A DNA stretch of 64,000 nt from NCBI GenBank assembly GCA_051362555.1, contig CM120648.1:18782587-18846586 (forward strand). The letters are read 5' to 3'. The notes below the pieces were generated by a model that saw nothing but the letters and a program-made list of their open reading frames with translations, was not told the origin of the DNA and ran no database searches. The position numbers and the translations under genes were made by a program. Source of the stretch: Lingula anatina (taxonomy: Eukaryota; Animalia; Brachiopoda). Positions 51,811-64,000 of this stretch are shown here, piece by piece (the stretch's first letter is position 1; every line of letters begins with the position of its first letter).

Positions 51811-52102
51811 GCGATTTACTATCGTCCCTCAAAACAAAAAAGAACCGCTAGGCGTACGCGTGTGTTCTAGACTATAATTGTACATTGTACTTCCGGACAG
51901 GCATTTATTGCGTTGCGTTTGCTAAGGCTTCGAGATATCAGGTGGGTGCAATCGCACTAGCAAATAGCGCACGCTAGCTATGCTATAGCGCGTGCGCAAC
52001 ATAGCGATCCTTTCGAGATTCTGAGCCCAGCTCTCTCCAACACTACGGTCCTGGCAACAAACACAGCAGACACATCAAAGCCGAATACGTCCTCACCTGT
52101 CC

Positions 52103-52270
52103 CAGGCCCGTAGCCAGCAATTTCAAAAGGGTGGTTCTTTTTCTGAAAAAGTGGACCTTTTCCAATAAAAACTTCATGTACCTAGATCAAATTTTACCCA
52201 GAGTGGACCTTTTTCCAGCAAGAGGGGCGGTTCTTTCGAACCCCCCGAACCCCCCCTGGCTACGGGCCTG
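52103..52270. mobile_element. hAT5-like MITE (168 bp, 5-bp TSD)
   Basis: caggcccgtagccag...ctggctacgggcctg; TSD tgtcc. Confidence 0.88.
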
Positions 52271-52911
52271 TGTCCCGATGGCAATCACAGTGCTATCCCC
52301 GGGACAAAGTCCAATCCGGAGACCAATCGCAACGAGCAAGGCTCACTCAAGACGATCGACACAAATGTCTCTCTAACGAAGCTTAATAAGCACTTCGTGT
52401 ATCTATACGTACAGGTAACTATCAGTCGTTACGATGACAAATTGACGATTACTTTGAGATCTCACCTTGTAGAAGGGTGTGACTGGTTGAAAATCCGTTC
52501 CCTCCCATACGGTGGATGGAATGTGCTATTGTTCAACTGAGAAGTACAGTCACCGTTTGTTTGCTATCTACCCAAGATCTCCGTAAAGTTCAGAGGATCG
52601 TCAATATCGTTGAAAACAGGAAAAGCTGAATCCTGTCGACTGCGCCATTTGTAACCGAGTATCACAACAAACATCGACTGAATCTCAGAAGAATCAGCTT
52701 CTTTATTCCTGTACATACATACATGCCAACGTGACAGTGTGAGTAAAAATAACTCAAGAATACTGTTGGGCGGGTAATTTATATTTCCCGCTCACGTGAC
52801 TAACAAAGCTCACGTAACCGCCAAAAGGGCAGTGTTGTAGATAAAGTAATAAAACTTGCTGGTTCAATTTTTTTTATTATTATTGTACAGTTTTACATTA
52901 CTTCCACGTGT

Positions 52912-55900
52912 TGTAATGAACCTTTTACATATACCTTTGACAAATGTCCTAAACTTATATAATTCAGAACGCTTAATTCAAGCGTGGGCTCGAAATAGGA
53001 CATTACGTTTTAGACTAACTTAGTGGATAACGCCATCCGAAGATGCCACGGTTCGTGTCAGATTTACGTAAGGTCGCGCAAAGAAAACCCAAGTCCACAT
53101 AATGACCAGTTAAATGATTTATTCGTTGACGCTCTTAACTACATGTTCTATAAGTGAAGTCTTCAAATCCTAACTACGTCTCGCTCCGTACACCGTCGCT
53201 TCCAACCTCCTCCTTCGTTGCTTCCTTCTACATGACTCCCGAATATCTCCCAAGGTATTGCTTATATCCTTATTCCTTATCTACAAGTATGGTCCATGAC
53301 GCAAACTGTAACTACCTTTAATTGTATAATTAATTTCTTTACCTCGGCGTCATACACAGAGACCGCCGCATTACTCAAGAGCTATTAGACTACAAGACAT
53401 TACGTCATACGACTTCGTATGATCTTTATGTCGGACCCGACATATTCCTTCCATTTTTTCCAGAAAAAAAAACTTTTTTTTTTCATAACTCATGTTGGAG
53501 ACGTTCACTCTAAATAATAATATATACAATATTTACAAAGATTACGAAAATTACACATAATTACATGTTTTAGTGTACGCCCGGGGGAAAACCAGAGATA
53601 AAACCCTTTAATTTATATCTTTCTTTATCAAAATTGGGAAAAATAGCTCTGGAAACCGGGCAGCTGAGCGTCTTATAATCAAAGTCTTTTCACATGGAGA
53701 TAACAGTATTTTAGAGTCTTTTAACACTGGCGTTAACACATTAAATTATTAAAAGTCTTTTAATTGAAATCATGAGGATTATCGTCGAACGGCAGGGCGA
53801 TGTGCACATCGTGGCGTCATCGAGGTCCACCATTCAGCTGTAGAGTTGATTGCTTTCAAGGATGCAGGTCGAAGTACTCAAACTCTGCTACGGACACAGG
53901 GCAGGCGGGGGGCGTTGTCACAATCCAACCATCTGAGAGCCGGGGACACAGCCACGGCGATGCACAGACCATTTAGTTCCACCTAAAATGATATTCAAGG
54001 AAAAATAAACTTTCTTCATTACAACATTTATATAAGTTAAATAATATTTTTCTTTTTATTCTTAAACTACGCTGTTTCAGCTTTATTCGCACTAATGCTG
54101 AACAGAAAACTGGCAACAGATCTCACAAAATCAAGAAAGAATCCCGTTCAGACCTGGGAGATGGATCCTTTTCGCCCATATCCCCTCCTATAGGCACGTC
54201 CAGCGGGCCAAAGAAAGTTTGCGGAGAATCCTTAAGATAATGGAAACTGCTCTCCAATATCTGACGTCATTGTACAATTTAAAAGTATAATTGAATATCA
54301 ATTCATATTGGATATAACCATTTAATCCAGGAAAACTATCCCTGAACGAGCTCGCCTTTGTTTTAAATAATAATTAACACCAAACAGTGCTAACATAATG
54401 AGGAAAAATAACACCTAAATCAAAGAAAACCCGTCCTATCCATTCAATTATGGCTGGCTACTCAAGACAACAGCAACAAAAAAAAAAAAAAAAAAAAAAA
54501 AATAGATCTTAATCTACCCAGTTCCAACAGAACACCCGTTCTGTTACCTAACCCTTCCTTGGGCAGGCCTCAACATAAAATCCCTGGTCTCAAATACCAG
54601 TTTCACCACTCCAACCCGGAGCATGGTATCCTTAAATTAAAATGTCCGGTCTGACTTTCCACGTCGCAACCAAGGACGCGTAGCTTTCTCACTAGCTCAC
54701 TTACTGGCTCATTCGTTTTCAGTTTGCTAGGGCCTGACTGTACATTGAGCTGAGCGCGGCTGCTTTTCTTAAGTCTTACTGCCCTCTGCGACCCAACCGG
54801 CCGGTGACCCAGTCGATAGCGATCACTCAATCCCGTAGAGCTAACCAGGCTCCCAGGGAGCAACCGACGGTCTTATCCCGGGCCCAATGCCATGGGTTAT
54901 CGGAACTTTGACCGTTTTCACCAGCCTTGCCTGTTCGCCACCGTGTCGGAACCACATCAACATCGTCTGGCTATAGCTAGGTGAGGACTGTCGTCCCCGT
55001 ACCACTCAGTGAACTCGTTAACACTGAGCCGACTAGACGGTACCACAGTATCCTGTTAATTCAGGATTCGAGACACAGTGGGCCTTCTGTCTCTCTCCCA
55101 CAGCACTATAGATCGTTTTTATGTGCCCCTGGAGCCTTGCGACTCCACTGCCGCCTGTTAAATACAGCCTCGGCAGGCCCGTAGCCAGGGGGGGTTCGGG
55201 GGGTTCGAAAGAACCCCCCTTTTGTGCTGAAAAAGGTCCACTCTGGGTAAAATTTGACATAAGTACATGGGGATTTTTCGTTAAAAGGTCCACTTTTTCA
55301 GAAAAAGAACCCCCCCTTTGAAATTGCTGGCTACGGGCCTGCTCGGGGAGCTTATCCCCCTCGCTATCTGTCGATCCAAATTTTTTGACAAGCAGTCCTG
55401 ATTGCGGCTTGAAACTTTCAGACCTTCCATTCACTCCATTCTAGGAGTAAGATACCTTTTTAAATAAATAATTAAATATCTGGTGTTACTTGCATTTATC
55501 CATCTGCGGACCTAAATTGACAAGCAGCCCTAATACTCCTAGAAGCTAACCAGACCTTCCACTCAGAACTTAGAGGAGGGTAACCTTTTAAACAAAATAA
55601 AATACTGGGTTTCCATCCTCACCTCGAGGTAATATAAACTGACCTGTTTCCATTCACCACGCCATATGAGTCTTTTTTTTATGAGCCCTCAAGATATTTA
55701 ATTAACCGTCAATTACTTCCTTAATTAAAAGTCCTAAAGTAGGGGCCTACGCTTGTCGCGTGTTTGTCTGTCTGTGTGTCTATTTTTAGTTTCTGTCTGG
55801 CTACGCGCGTGTCTTGTCCCGACCGGTTTTGTCCGGTTTATTTCACCGTTTTTTTTTTTTTTCAATATCTCCGACGCATCTCTACCTTTGATGTTACCTG

Positions 55901-57090
55901 TGCATTCAAATGTGCCCTTTGTTGAATAATTTACTGCCACGAATTTGTTTTTAACTAAAAATCACCATATTCCGACGTTATCTCCGGCCATTAACTCGTT
56001 ACCTCCGATCTTTATCTCGATCGGCGCAAATTTTGAACACCTGAATTTCGTTATCTAGCCCTCTGCCTTTGTCAGCACTTGATTGACTTCACCGGCAATT
56101 GTAATTGATAATTTGTTCACTCTTAAAGTCACCTTTCGTTATTTACATAATATAGCTTGAATACGCACGCTATAACCAAAACAATTAACGTAAACGAATA
56201 CCACACGCAAAGGAACCTATTCTACAACGCAGGAATCTTCCTTATAGCTAAATATCCATATGATCGACAAAGCAACAATAACCCGAACACATGATATCTT
56301 ACAACAACATTAACACGAAAACACGACATAATACACCAACGTCGCAAAACTCGTCGTTCTCATTTACGCGGATCGACGATCTCCTTCCTATACCGCAAAA
56401 TTCGTCTACTCATTTACGCAGATCGACGATCTCTGCCTATACCAAAAATTATATTAACCTGCCCGTTCCTACCACGTATCAATTGTGCGAAGTTTCTTAC
56501 CGACAAATACGTTTTCCGTGCACTTACGATCTCTAGTTTCTTTTGAAAACTATTTAACCTGTCCATATGCTTAACACGTACTTTTAATACGCGACCCAAC
56601 ATCGAAAATGTTTGAGATTCCCGAATAAAATCGACTATATAAACTACAGAAAAGCCATAAAGTCCCTCTCTACCGACCATGAAAATTTACCTTAAATAAG
56701 CTAGACTTTGAAACCAAAAATTGCACTCTGACGATCATAAAACAATTTACGTTAAATAATCAGATCTCTCCTATTTTTCACCGAATTTGAAAACTTAATT
56801 AACCCTAACGTGATACCGCGGCAAGAAACGAACGAAAAGCCGCCGAATACTTAACCTCAAAATTTATACAGAATTTAGCAATTTACCAAATATTAGTTCT
56901 GACAATATAAATAGCATTCATACTTACCCCAACCGGTCCGGTGATACTGCCGGCCAGCCGATCTTCGTCGTGCGAAGTTTTACCTTTTCTCCTACACTTA
57001 CCTTTCCTTCTGGCCATTTTGTGTTTGAATGGAAACCTTCTTTGGGCGCATTTTAACGTAAATTGGCGAGGGTCGCCAAATATGTAATGA
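52912..57090 (-). mobile_element. LTR retroelement remnant (non-coding or decayed internal region)
   Basis: Minus strand: ...TTACA followed by PBS-like TGGCGACC (57083-57065); purine tract atggaaggaata abutting TGTCGGGG at 53441; TATA-like and AATAAA motifs inside the putative 3' LTR. A matching 5' LTR was not recovered. Confidence 0.45.
55174..55341. mobile_element. hAT5-like MITE (168 bp, 5-bp TSD), opposite orientation to 52103
   Basis: Same TIR; TSD ctcgg. Confidence 0.88.
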
Positions 57091-58544
57091 ATTGCAATTA
57101 AGCGAGAATCCCCTTGGAGATAGTTCAATCCAAAGTTAGTACGAGAGGGTCTGGGAATGGTCTCTTATACTTGTGGACAAGCTGGATGATTATGCTGTAG
57201 CAATTTCATTTTACTTGTATTTTTATATCCATGCTATCATTACTGTCGAGTAAAATAAAGTAAAGACGTTTTAGATGATCAAAAACTTAAGGGAAAACAG
57301 AAGCTTTTTTTTTCAACATTATTCAAGGTTGTCTACTAAATGTGATGATGGTATTGACTTTTGTCTTTTGCTAATATGCGTGGTAGCATATACGACTCAG
57401 TTATAGTCGTTCTTATTATTCATTAACTACTTTCCAGTTGTTACCAGTGCCGCTTCCTGCATTTCTATTTCTACCTCATGCAATCTCTAGCAGCCTTCAC
57501 TCCGTTTGCATTACATTAAAAATACCATAAGAGCATGTCAATCAACTGAAGTCACTCTACAAAACACTCCCCACTCCTGCATAAGTCATTCTAATAGATC
57601 GAGGGACTTGTTAACAAAAGCGGCCATCACAATACCATTTGAATATTAAACTTGTGTTTGTCTTTAATTGTTGCTGTTCATTTCAACCAGTCGAGGGACG
57701 AAGCGCGGGAAGGCGTGTGAGAGGCGGAGAGACCGTTAATGGATTAAGCAGTCTTCCTTTCATGTAGGACCGCCATATTTAGGTCGCGGCCTTAATAGAC
57801 CTCGGCTCTTCTCGATGTGAATGCTCCCATAAATTGTTGCTTTTAGTGTGCATTAGGAGACATAAAGGACACATACGTCATCAAAGGGATTTAATCTCGG
57901 CTCCGATGTTTAATTGCAAGTCCCCTGCAGCGGCGGCGCATGTGGAGGCGGGGAGACCATCGAGAATCAGCGGCAGCTCTTGTGAAGTGTGGTCGGCCAT
58001 ATTTAGTAGGCGGATCAGTTAGTACTCGGATCATCTATTCTAAAATGGAGCCTTAATCTGTGTTTGTTATTCAACTTCTATTGAAGTGTCTAGACTCATA
58101 TTTTGTTACTTACATCATAAGATACAGTGGCGGATTAAGAATAAGTGATCGATTTGACAACAAATTATTACTGGTCATTATCAAAAATATTCCTTTCTCT
58201 TCAAATTTTGCTTTAGAATATTAAAGTTTACTATTTAGATTGATTTAGATTCTTTGGAATGGTGTCTATTGACATCTGTATTATAGTTTCACAAGTTTAT
58301 TCCTTTCTATTCACTTTTAAAGTCTTTAAAATGATGTTCAGGCGGGGATGGTCATAGTTCTCTATCCTTTACCAGCTACGCCACAGATCAAACTTGAATG
58401 GAGTCAATAGCTAATCCGGCATGGCAGCATGCATGCATGTCGTACTACCCTTTCAACAAAAGCAAGAAGTGTTTTTTTTTTTTTTCAATAGTCACGTTGC
58501 CACTATTGCTTAATCCAAACATGCTCTTGCTTTTTTTTCATACC

Positions 58545-58785
58545 CATCCCCCTTCGTAAGGACCTGACCCCCCCTTCGATTTCTGAAAAAAATCAAACCA
58601 ATGGTCCCCTCTTGAAATTAGAATTTTGACTAGCTGAATCATAGTTCTAAGCCGTACCAAATGGCACCGTTTGCCCTTTGAAATACCAATTTTTTCTGGT
58701 CCCTTCAGCGGGCCCCAGACCCCACGGCAAGGGTCCGCTGACCACCACCCCCCCCCCCCTTCAAAAAACCCTGGATCCGCCCCTG
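58545..58785. repeat. Short interspersed MITE-like repeat (second copy ~61990-62325)
   Basis: ccttcgatttctgaaaaa...cccctcttgaaattagaattttgac.agctgaatcatag...tggatcc.cccctg occurs at both loci. Confidence 0.7.
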
Positions 58786-59479
58786 TCATAGCAAAAAAAG
58801 TAATATATCTAGGAACGCTCTTTTTTCAGCTTTTCAAATAAGAGCTCGTGTACATGATGAACTTTAACAACAATGATGAAAATACTATGTTCGCAGACTG
58901 GCGATGCACGGTATGCAGTGCATATGTTCGGCTCACGGCCTATTGATTGTTATAGCAGATATATACATGAACAGCCAAACTGGCCCTCTCTTTAAGAAAG
59001 TAGAACGTTTCCATTTGATCCGCAACCTTCCAACGAAGCTTTGTGGCTCCGTGATAACTCCGTCGTCTTGGATACAAATACAGTAGACACTCACACGCGG
59101 GATCGAAGCCTAAGATTTTAAACGTAATTTATTTTAGCTCGAAATGATTTCTAAAAAACATGCTTTTAATTACTAAAAGATGAAACTCGTACGTATGGTG
59201 GTTGGCGGGTCACTTACGGCGCAGTCGGTAGCGTGCTTGATTGCAAAAAAAAAAAAAAAAAAAAAGCAAACCATGGAAACGGCAAGTCACGAGTTCAAAT
59301 CCCAAATGAAGGAGCTGGTCCCGCAATCGAATACGACTGCAGGTTCGCGTGGTCTGAGATGTCGTTTTTGTTTCCAACTTCTTTCCCATCTCGACGCTTT
59401 TCCTAATCATAATGCCTCGCTTTAGAAGAAACGGCAGGACGGGTCAGAAAATGGCACCACAGGCCACAGGTACTACAGG

Positions 59480-62400
59480 CCAGTTGTTAATAGATGGCGC
59501 AGCGAGCAGTTTTTAGAGGACATTGTGTTTTCGGTGCAAAGATGAAAAAAAAAAAACACTTTCGTCAGGGTTTATAATTGTATTTTTAAGGATTATACAA
59601 TATATTTCGATTTTTTTTCTTTTTACCTACACAGTTTGGTAAAATGTTTTTTCTCCTTGATTAAATCGGCTTATAGAAATTTAAATTAAAATTGTTTTGA
59701 AAAAATTAATGTAATTTTGAATTTTTACAAGTGTTAATTTCTATAAACATGTATGTTCAAGCTCTATTTAAATAAAAGAAAAAATAACAGGAATAAAAGT
59801 TCAAGCAGAGTTTCGTTTTGTTGATATCGAATAAGAATTAAAAAAAAATTATGGTGGATATTTACTGGTCGTTGATGCTGTTTCCCCTCTCTAGCTCTGA
59901 CTTGAAGAGTGACAAGCCCCCGAGTGTCCAGACCCCGAGGCCCACGCTAAGGAGGCGAGGGCCATTCCCTAAAAACGCCCCCCCCCCCCCCCCGGAAAAT
60001 AACCTGTATCCGTCCCTGCGACCCCCCCCCCCCTTTCAATGAATCCTGGATCCGCGGGGAAGAGGGGCATGAATGCCTGTCAACTCCTACCTTCGCTTTC
60101 TATAATGATCTCTTCACCCATCTGGAATCAGTTACATTTAGGAAAAAACGGCACAGCAGGCCAAGAAATATTTTACGATAATATTTTTGATACTGTCTTT
60201 TTTTCTCTCTTACAAAGATTCGTAAAAATATTGTCTCCTAGACGTATCTGTTAAATATCCCGACTTTTCTTTCTTTTTTAAATTATATAATCTTATATAG
60301 AAATTAAAAAAATGAGTTAAGGAATTAAAGCCGAAAACCTATTGAATGATCAGAGAGAGAGAGAGAGAGTGTGTGTGTTTTGCCTTACAACTCTTACCAC
60401 CGCTGTCAAAAATAAACTCTCCAGCCGTGTGGTATCAATTATATTTGGGAGAAAAGGGCACTACAGGTCAAGACATCTGTTACGGTCCGTGTATGGGGGG
60501 GCAAAGTGATTTCTATTTCGTCAGAAAATGAAAAAACGGCCGTTTTTCATTTTCATTTTATAGAAATGGCCAAAATGTAATGGAAAATGAAACTCAGTTT
60601 TCGTTTTTCCATTTAAAATGAAAAATGGAAAAACGGAAATTGCCCTCGCTTTTTATATTTTACTATAAAATGCAAAATACAATATCAAAAGATCCCCGAT
60701 GCGATAGAAAATATAAATATCAACCGTTTTCGTTTTTTCTAATGTTTAACAGGTGAAATAAATCATAAAATGCCCTTATATTCCTGTCTTTGAGGAAATG
60801 ACAGCTTCAAAAAGTGTTCATTATTCAATTTCCGAATCAAATAGAAAAACGGAAGTCCGTTCGTTTTTCTGATTTTCATTTTATGAATGAAAATGGAGAA
60901 ACGGACGTGCAGACACACAGACAGAGAAATGGCAGCCGCTTCAAGTTTATAAGTTATTGGTGACTAAATTCTGTCAGATAAAGCTTAAATGCAATGAATT
61001 AATTTTATAAATAATGCAGAATTTTGGGATATGCTGTTGACGTTGGTCTAAAACTTCCACTTTAAGGCATAACAGAAACGGAGATCCATTACAAGTGTGC
61101 ACAAGAGAGTTCAACTTTGTGCAACAGACTGGTATATTGCAAACAATGCATGTGCCAGCTGTTTGTGTGCTGAAAATATATTCTAATCAGACTGTTTTAA
61201 TCCTCTACCCACTGTGAATAACTTTCATGGACAATAAGGTTTTAATAAAGTATTTGATTATTATCATATTTTTGTTGTTGTTTATTGTAGATCCGCTGAT
61301 TTGTAGATAATATAGGCCTACCATTTAGCTTCAACGGCACGATTTAAAACTTTAACAATTTGTCTTTGTTCTCATCCTTGATCAGTCTTACTTCTTTAAA
61401 AATCAGTCTTATTGTTTAATGATTTATTGCAGCGCGTGTTTCCTCTTATTTGAAAGTTTGGTCAGAAAATGCTGATCAGTTATCTACGGTCAAAGGGCCG
61501 AAAGGGAGTAGGAGGGCTATCTGTAAGATAGAACCAAAATTATTATCGTCTATCCTAGCTGTAAGCAAATTTTTAAGAGAGAAAAACCCACCAAAACGGT
61601 TTTCAAAGGCCAGAAAGGCGTCAGGAACATTTTATGATTAAGGGGGGATGTAGGTTAGAGACTTTCTCTTAAAATAACGGTCGTAGTTATTTTATTCCTG
61701 TCATATTCATTTAATGTACCTTCAAAACATCTAATTATGCTTGAAACACAGCTACGGGCTAGGAAGTCAAGAGCTTATTAGATAATATACTCAGTACTCA
61801 TTCACTCCTTCAGAAGATCGATACAGTTATATAATTAATTTATTCCTGGTACAGCTGTATATCAAATCCATATCTTGATGTCCCATTTTATTTCATTCAT
61901 TTAATTTTTTACTCTTCTATTATTCTCAATTATTTCTTTTTAGGTTGGTGAACATTTTAAGTGGAGAAATTTATGGGGGTATTAGGGGGATCCTGACCCC
62001 ACCTTCGATTTCTGAAAAATATCACACCAATGATCCCCTCTTGAAATTAGAATTTTGACCAGCTGAATCATAGTTCTAAACCATACCAAATGGTACTCTA
62101 TAAAATAAATACCAACATTTTTCGGAGCCCTTCAGCGGGCCCCGAAACCCACGCCAAGGAGGGGGGGGGGGGGGGGGGGGGGGGAGGGTCGGCTTCCCCT
62201 CCAAGATCTGTTTTTTGAACTTCTTTATTTTCTTGAAAGGTTAAATATTAAAATATTACAATGACACGCTTACCCGCGGACTCCCCCCCCCCCCCCCCTT
62301 CAAATAATCTTGGATCCACCCCTGTTTTGTTACTTGATTAGTTGCTGGTTTGTACAGTAACAGCAGTAAAAACTGAAACAAGAGAGAAATCTTGCACTTA

Positions 62401-64000
62401 TTTTTCCTTCTATGTACAGATTATTTTTATCGACACGACGAATATTTGAGATTGTCCGACCCAACGCTCGTATTGCAGTAAAAAAGAGAGTCAAACTCAA
62501 GATGCAAATGTGTGAATTTTTATAAAATAAAATACCCCCCCCCCCCCAAGGTTGCATTAAAATGTTTAGGAAGAGGAAATGCATAATATGTTTATTAGTT
62601 TGTGATTACGTACATGAGATAATAAAGCAAATGCATTGCGCAAAGAGCCCTGTAGGTTTGTAAAAACTAACTCAATAACCTCTTTGACTAAGGTACAATA
62701 ACATTCAACAGCAACAAGACGCAGTGGTGTAAAGATTCTAACAAACATTTTATTAATTTATCCAGTGTTAACCACAGAAACACAGCTACAAAATTTTTGC
62801 AGCTACATGACTGCTTTGCCCAGTCGCACGCACCAGTACTTAGTTAAAAGAACATCGAATTGAGGCTATACCAGCACTACAGTCCAGGCGACTTAATAAA
62901 CATTCAAATATTTCTCTCATGATAAAAATTTCTACTTTCTATCAAAATCTTGTCACAAAAAGTCCTTACAGAAACAGATCCAACCTTCATTTCTTCTCCA
63001 CTAAGACCTAGGCACTAACCTAGGGGCCTATTTCATATTTCTAAACCACACACACACACAGCGATGGCGCATTGTTTTTCCATAATTGTCCACAGTTTTT
63101 AGATTTTCTGAAATTCCTTAATTCATTTTTCTTAAAGTTGTTTACTAAATCTCCGAATACTTATACAAAACCAGGAATACTCCTAGTCTTGTGAAGTCAA
63201 AGTTTCAAGGACTGCCATTTTTCTGTCTGTATGTCTTTATATACTTCCGTTTTCCAATTTTTATTTTCAAAATGAAAATCAGAAAAACGAACTGGCTTCC
63301 GTTTTTCCATTGAAACCATAATGGCAAAAAATGAACATGCTTCGATACTTCATTTCTTCACAGAAGGAGAAAAGGACGTATTTTTTAATATATTTCACTC
63401 TCTTGACACGGGAAAACAGTGGATGTTTCTATTTTCTATCACGTTTGGAAATCTGTCGTTTTTTGTTTTTTTTATGTCATAAAAAAGCGGAAAAAAACGA
63501 AAAATAATCTCGTTTTTCCACTTTTCATTTTAAAAGGAAAAACGAAAATCAAGGTTGATTTTCCATTTCATTTTGACAATTTATCAAATGAAAAGGAAAA
63601 ACGGCCGTTTTTTCATTTTCTGACGAAATGGAAATCACTTTGCCCCCCCATACACCGACCTGTTACATTAATATTTTTGATACTTTTTTTCGCTTTAACA
63701 AAAACTTGTAAAAATTGTATCTCCTTGACATTCTTGTATCTGTTAAATATCCCACTACAATATCCCCAAGTTATATAATCTTATAGGCCTATAGAAATGA
63801 ATTAAATGATTACCCATGATACGATAGCTTTCTGTAAGATAAGAGAGAGAAAGAGAGAAGCGGGGCAGAATTTTGCTGGAATTTTTGGTGAACTTGGCCT
63901 GGATGTGGTGTGAAACAATGGACATCGGACACATTTAATCGGACTTGAAGAACAAAACTAACAATCACAAAACAAGCACGAACGTAATCTCCTCTCAATT
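59480..64000. repeat. Dispersed repeat copy 2 (of 6194-7745), split by a 3.2-kb insertion
   Basis: 59480-60483 plus 63661-64000 are colinear with copy 1. Confidence 0.85.
60484..63660. mobile_element. Unclassified non-autonomous TIR element, GGTC termini, 6-bp TSD
   Basis: TIR ggtccgtgtatgggggggcaaagtgattt / aaatcactttgccccccca tacaccgacc; ~450-bp imperfect inverted homology; TSD tgttac; empty site (tggtac) in copy 1 at ~7381. Confidence 0.88.

Larger units (their letters stand above)
46569..52027. mobile_element. PIF/Harbinger transposon with both genes (decayed)
   Basis: ~65-bp TIRs ggctcggaacctcaaaaggatcgctatgttgcgcacgcgctatagcat; CTG/CAG flanks (CWG target); transposase on + and Myb/SANT gene on -. 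Confidence 0.9.

Noticed and set aside
46327-52340. Minus-strand ORF reconstructed by removing the Harbinger and the MITE
   Set aside because: About 120 open codons, but no start context and no family motif I recognise; cannot support a gene call.
59210-59305. tRNA gene
   Set aside because: A- and B-box-like motifs are present but interrupted by poly-A, with no acceptor stem; at best a SINE remnant.

Overview
AT-rich, intron-containing animal (probably marine invertebrate) genomic DNA, densely filled with transposons. The main result is a 14-exon + strand gene (12012-33533), assembled by hand with consistent splice phases (3831 nt, ~1276 aa). It encodes an NHL beta-propeller, a ROC GTPase, a COR domain and a complete caspase (SHG / QACQG / SWR) with no CARD, DED or DD. 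This ROCO-caspase looks like a single-chain sensor-switch-protease, and I do not recognise the architecture from characterised proteins. The window also has two exons of an 11-beta-HSD-like SDR (- strand) whose catalytic exon end and splice donor are amplified into a ~23-copy 68-bp minisatellite. Mobile elements include Academ-like, Helentron-like with a 146-bp satellite, IS3EU-like, Tc1, a two-gene Harbinger, Kolobok-like, hAT5-like MITEs, DIRS, RTE LINE and LTR remnants. Exon joins are inferred from splice signals and reading frame only; there is no transcript evidence.
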